From Candidatus Omnitrophota bacterium (GTDB taxonomy: Bacteria; Omnitrophota; Gorgyraeia; 2-01-FULL-45-10): a DNA stretch of 64,000 nucleotides. This document shows, piece after piece, positions 28,122 to 37,812 of the stretch; positions within the stretch are counted from its first letter, which is position 1, and every line of letters begins with the position of its first letter. Where the stretch lies: the NCBI GenBank assembly GCA_026387175.1, contig JAPLME010000007.1, positions 128,487 through 192,486 of the forward strand, written 5' to 3'. Below the pieces are notes generated by a model that searched no databases, was not told the DNA's origin, and worked only from the letters and a program-made list of their open reading frames with translations. The position numbers and the translations under genes are program-made.

Positions 28122-29152
28122 CCAAAGAACGTCCTGGCTATATCATATAATTTCACATCAACGGTTTTGAGCGTGCCGACAGCGTCCTGAATAGGAACTC
28201 CTGTTACATCGGTACCTCTTAGACTGGCCATGTAACCGAACTTTCCGGCAAGGACCAGGTCCATCGCCGTTACGCCGAAACGCGTGGCAAGAAATCTGTC
28301 AAAAGCGCTCGGGGTCCCGCCTCTCTGAATATGGCCGAGGACCGTGGTCCTCGTCTCTATCCCGGTCCTCTTTTCTATCTCTCCTGCCAGCGTCTCTCCG
28401 ATGCCGCCCAGCCTTACATGGCCGAACGAGTCGAGCTCCTGCTCTTTCAGCACTGTCTGTCCGGCTTTGAACTGCGCGCCCTCCGCCGTAACCACTATGG
28501 AAAATTCATGGCCCGCCGCTTTTCTCTTCTTTAATATCGACGAGACCTCATCAAGGTCTATCGCGATCTCAGGGATCAATACGATATTCGCTCCCGACGC
28601 GATCCCTGAATGGAGCGCCAGCCATCCCGCATGGCGGCCCATCACCTCGACTACCATTACGCGGTGGTGGCTCTCCGCGGTGGTGCGCAGCCTGTCGATG
28701 GCTTCAGTAGCGATATTTACGGCCGTATCAAAGCCGAACGTATAATCTGTCGCGTTAAGATCGTTATCGATGGTCTTAGGACATCCCACTACATTGATGC
28801 CCTTATTTTCCTTGTTAAGCTTATTGGCGACTCCGAGGGTATCCTCGCCGCCTATAGCGATAAGAGCGTCGAGCCTGAGCGCCTTATAATTATCAATAAC
28901 ATTCTTAACGTCATCCGGTTTCTTATAAGGATTAGTCCTGGACGTGCCTAGAATGGTCCCGCCTCTATACAATATCTCGGAAACGGAATTAAGGTCGAGA
29001 TCTACCGTATCGATCCGGACAAGGCCTTTCCATCCGTTCTTGATACCGACTACTTTTATATTGTTCTGGGATGCTTTTACGACAACCGCCCTTATCACAG
29101 CGTTCAAGCCGGGGCAATCTCCGCCACCTGTTAATACGCCAACCATCTTCAT
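28118..29152 (-). CDS. pfkA: 6-phosphofructokinase
   Basis: TGGGDCPGLN, GGEDT, PKTIDND, EVMGRHAG, GHIQRGG. Confidence 0.95.
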   Translation of the reverse strand: MKMVGVLTGGGDCPGLNAVIRAVVVKASQNNIKVVGIKNGWKGLVRIDTVDLDLNSVSEILYRGGTILGTSRTNPYKKPDDVKNVIDNYKALRLDALIAIGGEDTLGVANKLNKENKGINVVGCPKTIDNDLNATDYTFGFDTAVNIATEAIDRLRTTAESHHRVMVVEVMGRHAGWLALHSGIASGANIVLIPEIAIDLDEVSSILKKRKAAGHEFSIVVTAEGAQFKAGQTVLKEQELDSFGHVRLGGIGETLAGEIEKRTGIETRTTVLGHIQRGGTPSAFDRFLATRFGVTAMDLVLAGKFGYMASLRGTDVTGVPIQDAVGTLKTVDVKLYDIARTFFG

Positions 29153-29174
29153 CTCTTCCTCCTTGACAATTTTA

Positions 29175-29777
29175 TTAATACTCTATGTTGCCTCTGAACT
29201 GCGGGGCTTGAAGCTTATCGTCTTTTTTAAAGCTCTTTGCCGTCTCTTCCTTGTGGGCGATCTTGACCACATGGACCTTGATAGTGATAGGCTCTTCCAC
29301 ACCCAGCATATCCTGCACCCTCGCCTTTACCAGATTCTGTATCTTCTCGGTGGTCTCCGGTATGCTGATGTCCGAAAAGAGCGTAACTCTGTTTATTATC
29401 GTTATACCCTTCTTGGTAGCCCTTACGTTCGGCCTCAATTCTTTGACCTCGGGCAGCTGCTTCAGGGCTCTCTTTATAAAATCCTCTATCGCGCTCAGGC
29501 TTATGGTCACCTGCCCGTCGGGGTTTTCAAAGGCTATAGTCTTTTCCCTGGTCAGTTTTCCCATAGCTATCTGCATGACCAGTATGCTTATGAAGATCAG
29601 GAGCGCCCCGGTGATACCTAGGCAAAGACGCGCGTTCGGGGTGGTATAGATCGTGTTTAACGTGGTCACTATCGATTCCTGCGTGACCAGGTTCATGGCT
29701 ATTACTATAAAGAACCCCCCGACCAGTAAAAATACAAATGTGTAGAAGAATAAGGTCAATCCGCCAAGAAATCTCAT
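29175..29777 (-). CDS. amaP: alkaline shock response membrane anchor protein AmaP-like
   Basis: Two TMs, then G.VTISLSAIEDFI; adjacent to an Asp23 gene. Confidence 0.8.
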   Translation of the reverse strand: MRFLGGLTLFFYTFVFLLVGGFFIVIAMNLVTQESIVTTLNTIYTTPNARLCLGITGALLIFISILVMQIAMGKLTREKTIAFENPDGQVTISLSAIEDFIKRALKQLPEVKELRPNVRATKKGITIINRVTLFSDISIPETTEKIQNLVKARVQDMLGVEEPITIKVHVVKIAHKEETAKSFKKDDKLQAPQFRGNIEY

Positions 29778-30178
29778 ATTGAGCTTCCCCTCCTCTTTTC
29801 TTTATCCTGCGAAGAAGGCGTATGCACACCATCGACAACAACATCCACCTCCGACATGATGAGCCCTGTCATCCTCTCCACGGCATGCTTAACGCTGTTC
29901 TGAACTTCATCCGCGACCCTCGGTATATCCACGCCATATTCGACCACTATCGAAACGATAAGTTTTATCTCGCTTTCTTTCAAGCTTATCTTCACACCGC
30001 CGGATGTGTCTCCCCGAAAAAATACCTGATGCAGCGCTTTCTTTATCCCGCCGCCCATCTTATGGACTCCTTTGACCTCCATCGCGGCGATGGACGCTAT
30101 AGTCGTAATGGCTTCGTTATTTATCCTTACCACGCCAAGATCCGTAGCCCTATCCCTGTGCGTTATGCCGTTCGTCAT
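29774..30178 (-). CDS. Asp23/Gls24 family protein
   Basis: LGVVRINNEAI..IA..AA.EV.GV, VEYG..IP, MTGL....V.V. Confidence 0.92.
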   Translation of the reverse strand: MTNGITHRDRATDLGVVRINNEAITTIASIAAMEVKGVHKMGGGIKKALHQVFFRGDTSGGVKISLKESEIKLIVSIVVEYGVDIPRVADEVQNSVKHAVERMTGLIMSEVDVVVDGVHTPSSQDKEKRRGSSI

Positions 30179-30195
30179 TACTTTAGCCTTTCAGT

Positions 30196-30293
30196 GGAGC
30201 CCCCTCGGACTAACGTCCGGGGCTCCCTCCTCTTTTAAGAATCAATCCCGTTCGGCCCCGGGCTAAAGCCTGGGGATTTCCAAGCGGGGGATT
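30196..30293. repeat. IS200/IS605- or REP-like paired hairpin element
   Basis: GGAGCCCCCTCGGAC-TAAC-GTCCGGGGCTCC and CCCCGGGC-TAAA-GCCTGGGG between accC and the Asp23 gene. Confidence 0.6.
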
Positions 30294-31644
30294 AAACCTG
30301 CGTCTTATCGAAAAGTTTTTCAACAAAATCCGTAGAGAATTTACCTTTCAGGAACGCGGGGTTATTCATTACCTTTTTATGAAAAGATATGGTCGTCTTT
30401 ATCGGCTCTATAGTGAATTCATCCAGGGCCCTCTTACATATACTGACGGCCTCTTGCCTGTTTTTGCCATGGACTATGAGCTTGCCTATCATAGAATCGT
30501 AATAGGGAGATATCGTGTAACCCTGGTACGCGTGCGTGTCCACCCTGACGCCCCGTCCTCCGGGTACGTTGAAGGTGTCTATCTTCCCGGGGCACGGCAT
30601 AAAGTCATTATCAGGGTCCTCCGCGTTTATACGGCATTCTATGGCATGACCGTCAAACTTTATATCTTCCTGTTTATATGCGAGCCTCTCGCCGGCGGCT
30701 ATCTTCAGCTGTTCCTTCACAATATCTATGCCTGTGACCGCTTCGGTTACAGGATGCTCGACCTGGATTCTGGTGTTCATCTCCATGAAGTAGAAAGAAT
30801 TGTCCTCGTCCAGAAGGAATTCTATCGTCCCCGCGCTCACATATCCGATCGACCTGGCGCATTTTATCGCCGCCTCGCCCATCTTCTTGCGCAGTTTCTC
30901 GCTTAAAATAGGGGACGGAGATTCCTCGATCAGCTTCTGGTGCCTCCTCTGGATAGTGCAATCTCTTTCCCCCAGATGAATTATATGTCCGTGCGCGTCA
31001 CCGAGCATCTGGACCTCGATATGCCGCGGGCGCTCAATGAACTTTTCAATATAGACATCCGGATTACCGAACGCAGCCTCGGCTTCCCTCTGAGCCGTAA
31101 GAAAAGCGCTGATGAGCCTGACATCGTTGTGGCATATGCGCATTCCTTTTCCGCCGCCGCCCGCCGACGCTTTAATTATGACGGGGTATTTCATCTCTTT
31201 GGCGATCCTTATAGCTTCTTCTTTGGTCTTGACGCACGCTTTGGACCCCGGTATGGTCGGCACGCCCGCCTTCTTCGCCGAATCTTTGGCGGCCATCTTA
31301 TCTCCCATCCGCCTCATATTCTCCGGTGTTGGCCCTATAAACTTTATCTTGCACGATTCGCATATCTCGGCAAAATGGGCGTCCTCCGCTAGAAAACCAT
31401 AACCGGGATGTATGGCCTCGACGTCTGTTATCTCCGCCGCGCTGATAATGCCGGGTATATTCAAATAACTATTGGCGCTTGCCGCGGACCCGATGCATAT
31501 AGCCTCATCCGCATATTTCACATGCAGGCTGTTTATATCAGGCTGCGAGTATACGGCGACTGTGCTTATGCCGAGTTCCTTCGCGGCCCTTATTATCCTT
31601 AAAGCCACCTCGCCTCTATTCGCTATCAATATTTTAGAGAACAT
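30292..31644 (-). CDS. accC: acetyl-CoA carboxylase biotin carboxylase
   Basis: [33 protein letters not shown]. Confidence 0.97.
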   Translation of the reverse strand: MFSKILIANRGEVALRIIRAAKELGISTVAVYSQPDINSLHVKYADEAICIGSAASANSYLNIPGIISAAEITDVEAIHPGYGFLAEDAHFAEICESCKIKFIGPTPENMRRMGDKMAAKDSAKKAGVPTIPGSKACVKTKEEAIRIAKEMKYPVIIKASAGGGGKGMRICHNDVRLISAFLTAQREAEAAFGNPDVYIEKFIERPRHIEVQMLGDAHGHIIHLGERDCTIQRRHQKLIEESPSPILSEKLRKKMGEAAIKCARSIGYVSAGTIEFLLDEDNSFYFMEMNTRIQVEHPVTEAVTGIDIVKEQLKIAAGERLAYKQEDIKFDGHAIECRINAEDPDNDFMPCPGKIDTFNVPGGRGVRVDTHAYQGYTISPYYDSMIGKLIVHGKNRQEAVSICKRALDEFTIEPIKTTISFHKKVMNNPAFLKGKFSTDFVEKLFDKTQV

Positions 31645-31651
31645 GCTGCTC

Positions 31652-32104
31652 CTATACCGGTTCTATTACGAACAGGACCTGGCCGAATTCGACAGGTTCA
31701 GCGTTATCGACCTGTATGTCAACTATCTTGCCTTTAACTTCGGATTTTATCTCGTTCATCAGCTTCATGGCCTCAATTATACATATCACCTGTCCGGGAG
31801 ATACGGTATCTCCCATATTAACATACGGCGGAGATTCAGGGGATGCCGCGCGGTAAAATGTTCCTACCATAGGAGATTTGATGTCCAGGGTATTCTTCTT
31901 CTCTTCCGCCTTGCCGGTCTCTGCGGCAGATTTTTCGCTCTGAACGGTGTTTTGAGGAACGGCAGGGACAAACTCGACAGCCCTCTCTATCCCGCCCGAA
32001 CCCTTCCTTAGCTTGATCCGCACGCCTTCCTTCTCGATCTCAAGCTCGGTCAGGTTATTTTCATTCATCAGGTTGATCATGTCTTTTATTTCTTTAATAT
32101 ACAT
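31652..32104 (-). CDS. accB: biotin carboxyl carrier protein
   Basis: [18 protein letters not shown]. Confidence 0.97.
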   Translation of the reverse strand: MYIKEIKDMINLMNENNLTELEIEKEGVRIKLRKGSGGIERAVEFVPAVPQNTVQSEKSAAETGKAEEKKNTLDIKSPMVGTFYRAASPESPPYVNMGDTVSPGQVICIIEAMKLMNEIKSEVKGKIVDIQVDNAEPVEFGQVLFVIEPV

Positions 32105-32145
32105 ATCTTTCTCCTGTTTGAGCCCATCCCTAATTAAAAAACAGG

Positions 32146-33204
32146 CTACCTTGTAAGAACTTCACATCCTTTATTCGTCACAAGAACCATATCCTCTATC
32201 CTGACCCCTCCAAACCCCGGTATATATATTGCCGGCTCGACCGTGAATACCATTCCCGGGGCAATCAAGCCTTCGCCGATGCTTGAGATGGTGGGCTTTT
32301 CATGAACGCTCAAGCCTATGCCATGTCCGAGCGAGTGCCCGAAGTATTTGCCGAATCCTTCGCCTTTTATATGATCGCGTCCCGCGGCGTCTATATCACG
32401 TATTTTGACGCCGGGGCGTATCATTTCGATAGCCTTATCCTGAGCTGTCTTCACGATAGCATACATCTTTTTAAATTTGTCTTTAACACGGCCAAGGGTG
32501 ATCATCCTGGTAAGGTCCGAGCAGTAGCCGTTAAGTTTAGCGCCGATATCGACCATGACAAAACTGTTATTTTTTATGCTTACGCAGTCAGGTACCGCAT
32601 GAGGTTTTGACGCGTTCTCACCTGAAGCTATTATGGGCTCAAAAGCCGATCTGGCGCCCTCATTTATAAATGTCGATTCCACTATCACGGCAAGCGCTTT
32701 CTCCGATATGCCCGGCTTTACCCGGTCAGCTACAACATCGAAAACTTTTTTGTTAAGAGAGACCGATTCTCTTATCAAGGCTATCTCGTCGGAATCTTTT
32801 ATTGATCTTATGCTCTCGACCATATCTTTACAAGGAGCAAGCTTCGCGTTTTTTATAAGTTTATACAGCCTTACAGCCACACCATACGGAAGATCCATAG
32901 CTTCGAAGCCGATCTTTTTCAAGCGATGCTTCTTAACGATATCCGATACCGTATCGTAGGTGGATATCTCCACCAATTTTACCTGAAACCCGTCTAACGT
33001 CTTTTCAGCCTCTTCGATATAGCGGGAATCCGTTATGAAGAAATTCTTATCTGGCGTTATCAGAACCATGGAATCGTGCCCGGGAAATCCGCTCATATAA
33101 GTAACGTTGGCCTGGTTTGTTATAAGTATTGAGTCAAGAGCGTTTACTTTCAGTCCATTTTTTAAAAGAGCAAGCCTTCTTTGGTAATTTAATTTCGTTA
33201 TCAC
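32146..33204 (-). CDS. Xaa-Pro aminopeptidase (M24)
   Basis: [32 protein letters not shown]. Confidence 0.95.
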   Translation of the reverse strand: MITKLNYQRRLALLKNGLKVNALDSILITNQANVTYMSGFPGHDSMVLITPDKNFFITDSRYIEEAEKTLDGFQVKLVEISTYDTVSDIVKKHRLKKIGFEAMDLPYGVAVRLYKLIKNAKLAPCKDMVESIRSIKDSDEIALIRESVSLNKKVFDVVADRVKPGISEKALAVIVESTFINEGARSAFEPIIASGENASKPHAVPDCVSIKNNSFVMVDIGAKLNGYCSDLTRMITLGRVKDKFKKMYAIVKTAQDKAIEMIRPGVKIRDIDAAGRDHIKGEGFGKYFGHSLGHGIGLSVHEKPTISSIGEGLIAPGMVFTVEPAIYIPGFGGVRIEDMVLVTNKGCEVLTR

Positions 33205-33638
33205 TTATCCAAAAGTCCTATAGCAGCTTCTAGACCAAGGATATAGCTCATCTTGCCGAAACCGGATATCTGGCCGTCGGCCACCGGAGCTATCAACGAT
33301 ATGTGACGGAATTCCTCTCTTTTATATATATTCGAAAGATGAACTTCGACGGTGGGCAGCTTTACGGCGCTTATAGCGTCCCTTATGGCGACGCTGGTAT
33401 GTGTATATGCGGCCGGGTTTATAAGGATGGCGTCGAACTTTCCACCGGCTGAGCCTATCGCTTCCACGATCTCGCCCTCATGATTCGACTGCACTATATC
33501 GAGGCTCACCTTCATGGCCTTCGCCGTCTTTTCCAGTTCGGCGTTTATCTCATCTATGGTCACGCTGCCGTATACATCGACTTCGCGCTTACCCAGCAAA
33601 TTCAAATTCGGGCCGTGAATCACAAGTATCTTCTTCAT
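33201..33638 (-). CDS. aroQ: type II 3-dehydroquinate dehydratase
   Basis: [10 protein letters not shown]...[19 protein letters not shown]. Confidence 0.97.
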   Translation of the reverse strand: MKKILVIHGPNLNLLGKREVDVYGSVTIDEINAELEKTAKAMKVSLDIVQSNHEGEIVEAIGSAGGKFDAILINPAAYTHTSVAIRDAISAVKLPTVEVHLSNIYKREEFRHISLIAPVADGQISGFGKMSYILGLEAAIGLLDK

Positions 33639-33820
33639 CGCTTGCCACCTTCTTTCGCTCCGGATGGAAGTTCGGCCTCATCTATCAGCATTATAGGTAT
33701 ATCGTCTTTGACCGGATAGCGCCGCCCGCACTTTACGCAAACTATCCTTTCGCCTTCGAGTCTTACATCCGCTTTGCATGCCGGACATGCCAAAATATCC
33801 AGGAGCTCTTTATCGATCAT
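33635..33820 (-). CDS. Trm112 family protein
   Basis: [11 protein letters not shown]...YPV.DDIPIML. Confidence 0.92.
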   Translation of the reverse strand: MIDKELLDILACPACKADVRLEGERIVCVKCGRRYPVKDDIPIMLIDEAELPSGAKEGGKR

Positions 33821-34791
33821 AAGTTCTCCCCCTCCTTCTTGATCTCCTTAAGTTTCATCTTAAATTGAGGACTTAAGGCGTAGATGACCCCGCCTATGAC
33901 GCTTGTTATTAAGAGCAGCATTATCATGAGAATGCCTATCGCCAGAGCATTCTCCTTGCCTGTCAGGGGCCCGAATAATACGACCATGGACCCCTCCCGC
34001 ACTCCGAGGCCATTTATTGACGGCAAGAGACTCATCATACTAACTATCGGCATCTTCAGCAAAAGGTCGATTGCGGGGATCTTTGACCCTATGCTTACGG
34101 CGAGGATGCCGTAACAGACAAAATAGAAGAGCTGGCTGACCACCGATATGCAGAGCGTGGCTATCATTAAACTTATTCGATGGCGATATTTATTAGTCGA
34201 CTCATAGAGATTTCTCAATTGCGCTTCTATGGGTTTTACCAGAACGATTAATTTGGAAAATTTCCTCGCGAACTTTTTATTGGCAAGAAAGATTATCCCT
34301 ATGATGGAGATAGCGGTTATAGCGTAGATAGTGATGGCTACGCCTCTATCCACTATGTTGGCCCCTGCCAGTATCAATGCGGCGAAAGCCATAAATATCA
34401 TTGTGACCAGCCCTACCGCTCTATCGACAAATACCGATGTATATGAGCCGGCAGTATCCCGGCTATGTTTTGAAAGGTAGTGGGCTTTTACTACATCTCC
34501 TCCGATGGATGTCGGAAGGAAGTTATTGAAAAAGTAGCCTATTAAGGTGAGTGACAAGGCCTCCCGGAACCTCAAGCTTATGTCCTGGGCCTCGATTATG
34601 AGCTTCAGCCTGAAACTGGCTATTATAGAGGCGAGCATAAACGCCGCGAACGCCAAGGCGAAGATATACATATTGGTATTCTTCAGCGCCTCCACTATAT
34701 CGCCATACTTACCCCTCATAATATAAAGTAATATTATTATGAGCAATAAGCTGACGGCTGTTCTTAAGAAAGGGCCTATCTTCTTTTTCAT
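33817..34791 (-). CDS. lysylphosphatidylglycerol synthase TM / flippase-like protein
   Basis: FFNNFLPTSIGGDVVK, LPSINGLGVRE; start 34791 preferred. Confidence 0.9.
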   Translation of the reverse strand: MKKKIGPFLRTAVSLLLIIILLYIMRGKYGDIVEALKNTNMYIFALAFAAFMLASIIASFRLKLIIEAQDISLRFREALSLTLIGYFFNNFLPTSIGGDVVKAHYLSKHSRDTAGSYTSVFVDRAVGLVTMIFMAFAALILAGANIVDRGVAITIYAITAISIIGIIFLANKKFARKFSKLIVLVKPIEAQLRNLYESTNKYRHRISLMIATLCISVVSQLFYFVCYGILAVSIGSKIPAIDLLLKMPIVSMMSLLPSINGLGVREGSMVVLFGPLTGKENALAIGILMIMLLLITSVIGGVIYALSPQFKMKLKEIKKEGENL

Positions 34792-34833
34792 GGGTAGATA
34801 GTTTAACACAAAGGTCTTGGGAGGTAAAGCAAT

Positions 34834-35766
34834 TTATAGCGGATTATTGTGCTCGAGGCCGGAGATATGCTGCTCGAGTTTCGTGATCGCGCCGTGGGCT
34901 TCATTATTGTGTTTCGAGTGTGCGTTCTCTATGTGGGTTATTATTATATTGTAGATGGCCTTAAAGCGTTCGTAATCATTACGCAGCGCGGTAACCTTGG
35001 ATAATATCTCCTTGGCGCTCTCTTCTATCTTCAATGCTTTCATTCCCTGCAATATAGTCATAAGGTAAGGGTATATTGTCTGCGGAGACGTGGGATAGAC
35101 CTTCTTCTTAAGGGCATAATCAATCAGGATATTATCTTCCCCGAACTGTTTATTCTTTACGAAGGCCTCGTAATAAACGCCTTCCGAAGCTATATACATC
35201 AGCGCAAAATCTGTCGTCCTTTCGCCCGGCAGTATATATTTTGCCGTCTCGTCTATCCTCTTTTTAACCGCGCTTGAGAAAGCTTTCCAGTGGGCTCGTT
35301 TCTGCGCTTCATCGTGCGCGGACAGCATCTTATTGAAATCTTCCAGCGAAAGTTTCGAATCGATGGGCACGATATATTCTTTGAATTTAATTGCAAAATC
35401 GACCGTTCCCGAACTCAGGCGCAGTTGAGTCTCAAACATATCGGCCGGCAATACATCATGAAGCGCTTTCTCCAGAAGCCTTTCGCCTATCGCCCCGGCG
35501 CCCTTCGGCATTATAAACATATTGCGGAGGCCCGTCACCTCGTTCATCACGTCGTTGATCTGCTGGGCTTTTTGATTAAGGCTTCCGATGCGCTCATTAA
35601 GGCTTTCAATAGTGTTGGAGGCCTGCTTACGCATTTCGTCCGAAACCGGCAGTTTTTCGGACAGGTACCGCACATCAACGGAGATGTCTCTTATCCGGAT
35701 TATCAGATAAAATATCGCGAAAGCCAATACCCCAAGCGCAATGAAGAGCAGCGCATTTAAAAGCAT
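34834..35766 (-). CDS. rmuC: DNA recombination protein RmuC
   Basis: N-terminal TM, GE..LE..L, PIDSK, KYI.P...TDFA.MY...E. Confidence 0.85.
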   Translation of the reverse strand: MLLNALLFIALGVLAFAIFYLIIRIRDISVDVRYLSEKLPVSDEMRKQASNTIESLNERIGSLNQKAQQINDVMNEVTGLRNMFIMPKGAGAIGERLLEKALHDVLPADMFETQLRLSSGTVDFAIKFKEYIVPIDSKLSLEDFNKMLSAHDEAQKRAHWKAFSSAVKKRIDETAKYILPGERTTDFALMYIASEGVYYEAFVKNKQFGEDNILIDYALKKKVYPTSPQTIYPYLMTILQGMKALKIEESAKEILSKVTALRNDYERFKAIYNIIITHIENAHSKHNNEAHGAITKLEQHISGLEHNNPL

Positions 35767-35770
35767 CTTG

Positions 35771-36133
35771 CTATTTACCCGCTTTCTGGACGAACCTCAT
35801 CCGAAGATCATACAGTACAGCCTCTAGAGAATCCGCCTCTTCTTTAGCCAGATTATTCTTTGTCTTATCCTTTAACATCGTAAGGGTTTCAATGATAAAT
35901 TTCGCGTGGAGGGCGTTTAACTCTTTCTTTTTAGTGACAGGATGCTCTAGGTCGCCGAGGGCTATCAGCGCTTCCATGAGAAGCCCGGAAATAAATAGTC
36001 CAAATGTCACTTCGGGCATCTCCGGGGTCTTCGAGGCTTTTTCCTCGGAAGGCGCAGCCCTATCTTTCGAAACGGCTTCTTTCCATGACTCATCTACTTT
36101 CTTCTTCAGCTCTTCCTTCTTCTCTTCACCCAT
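35771..36133 (-). CDS. DUF1844 domain protein
   Basis: ALIALG...HP, AK..I..L..L..KT.NNL, L..LRM.FV. Confidence 0.88.
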   Translation of the reverse strand: MGEEKKEELKKKVDESWKEAVSKDRAAPSEEKASKTPEMPEVTFGLFISGLLMEALIALGDLEHPVTKKKELNALHAKFIIETLTMLKDKTKNNLAKEEADSLEAVLYDLRMRFVQKAGK

Positions 36134-36135
36134 TT

Positions 36136-36927
36136 TTATACCCTCAGGTCTCTCTTTATCTGTTCTATTCCCGCTTCCGCGGCCTCAGCACCTTTTGCTA
36201 TTATCTCGCGTGACTTGTCGAACGCTGCCTGGTCTATATCCGTAAGATAAACTTTTATTACAGAGTCCGCATCGCGGGATTGATACTGGTTCAACTCTTC
36301 ACCCATTATCTGGAATGACTGGACTATCATCTGGAATATATTATCGATCTTGCCCCTCCTTACGCAGAAGCCCACATCCACCGCTATCACATAATCAGCG
36401 CCCAGATCCCTGGCGATCTTGGTCGGCACGCTATGTTTAATACCGCCGTCCGAAAGAAGCCTTCCGTCAATTCTCACAGGATTGAATATGCCGGGCCATG
36501 AACAGCTGGCGCGCACGACCTTTATCAGATTGCCTTTCTGGAAGACCACCTCTTCTCCCGTCTCGATATCGTTAGTCACCACCGCAAGCGGTATCTTACA
36601 GTCTTCGAATTGCTTACTGTCTATCAGGTGCTTGATCGTGGCCTCCAGTTTCACGCCTGCAAGAAGCCCCATCGAAGGCATTGTGGGGTCAAGTATTTTT
36701 TTCATCGTAAACTTGTATGCGCGTTCTTCCATCTGGGATATGGGGACACCTACAGAGTAAGCGGCTCCGATCATGGCCCCCATGCTGGTGCCGACAATAC
36801 TATCGATCGGTATTTTCTCCCTTTCGAGTATCTTCAGGACTCCTATGTGCGCTAAACCTCTCGCGGATCCTCCTCCCAAAACGAGCGCCACCTTTCTCCG
36901 CTTTTTATTATTAAGAAAATCGAACAT
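36136..36927 (-). CDS. patatin-like phospholipase (RssA-like)
   Basis: GGGSARGLAHIG, GTSMG, DGG. Confidence 0.94.
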   Translation of the reverse strand: MFDFLNNKKRRKVALVLGGGSARGLAHIGVLKILEREKIPIDSIVGTSMGAMIGAAYSVGVPISQMEERAYKFTMKKILDPTMPSMGLLAGVKLEATIKHLIDSKQFEDCKIPLAVVTNDIETGEEVVFQKGNLIKVVRASCSWPGIFNPVRIDGRLLSDGGIKHSVPTKIARDLGADYVIAVDVGFCVRRGKIDNIFQMIVQSFQIMGEELNQYQSRDADSVIKVYLTDIDQAAFDKSREIIAKGAEAAEAGIEQIKRDLRV

Positions 36928-36938
36928 GTAGCCTTCTC

Positions 36939-36990
36939 CTAGTTTATTCAGCCGTATTGCAGGCTAAGTGCCGATATCCCTGATATCGGC
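36939..36990 (-). repeat. 52-bp SD-associated repeat, copy 3
   Basis: ctagtttattcagccgtattgcaggctaagtgccgatatccctgatatcggc; directly follows the TAG stop of the upstream gene. Confidence 0.95.
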
Positions 36991-37800
36991 CTAACTTATT
37001 ATTATTCCGGCATAGCCGACCACGGACAGATAATCCCCCGATGTATCGCCGCTGGTCTGATACTTTACCAGCTTTGCATGTTTTGCGCCAAGCTCCTTCG
37101 CCGCTGTTATCATAATGGCCGCAGGCGCGTAGCCGCACATAGTTATGTCGAGCTCCAATACCTTTTTAACAAGCTTTGTTTCGTCCAGCTCCAGCATAGC
37201 ATCGATCGCGATCGAATCTTTCTTTTTAACGCTTTCATGCGATTCATAATGAGTCATGTCGCTCGACGCTATTATCGTGACCTCTTTTTCAAGTTTCATG
37301 GTTTTGATGGCGCCGGCTATCGCTTCCCCGATTTTTTTATATATACTCATGTCCGCGTACGATACCACGATTGGCACGATCTTAAAATCTTTTTGCAGGA
37401 CCTGTAAAAACGGGAGCTGCACTTCTATGGAATGCTCATGCTGATGCGACAGGCTGTCGTTCTTTATGTATGCGCAGTTTTCCATTATCGCGCCCGCAAG
37501 AACCCTGTCTATCCCGATATTGCCCAGAGGTGTTTTCCAGGAATCGTTCTTATCCAGCCCAAAGGCCTCGCCTAAACCCGTATGATTCGGCCCTAGTATT
37601 ACGTATCTTTTCTTCGGTTTCATAGCCGAGAATACGCTTCCCGCCACAGAACCGGAATATATATACCCCGCATGCGGTGAAATGGCGCCAATGGCGTCTT
37701 CTTTCTTCGCGTTCGGATCGACCAGTTCACAGACCGCGCGCCTTAATGCCTCTCTGGATCCAGGATAGAACTGACCCGCGACAACCGTTTCTCTGACCAT
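36991..37800 (-). CDS. amrB: AmmeMemoRadiSam system protein B (MEMO1 family)
   Basis: AGQFYP, PHAGYIYSG, GPNH, EHSIEVQLPF, SSDMTHY, MCG. Confidence 0.93.
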   Translation of the reverse strand: MVRETVVAGQFYPGSREALRRAVCELVDPNAKKEDAIGAISPHAGYIYSGSVAGSVFSAMKPKKRYVILGPNHTGLGEAFGLDKNDSWKTPLGNIGIDRVLAGAIMENCAYIKNDSLSHQHEHSIEVQLPFLQVLQKDFKIVPIVVSYADMSIYKKIGEAIAGAIKTMKLEKEVTIIASSDMTHYESHESVKKKDSIAIDAMLELDETKLVKKVLELDITMCGYAPAAIMITAAKELGAKHAKLVKYQTSGDTSGDYLSVVGYAGIIIS

Positions 37801-37812
37801 ATTTTTGCCCCT

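Noticed and set aside
36944-37138. 64-aa minus-strand ORF ending inside the repeat
   Set aside because: Alternative frame of amrB running into the repeat; no independent support.
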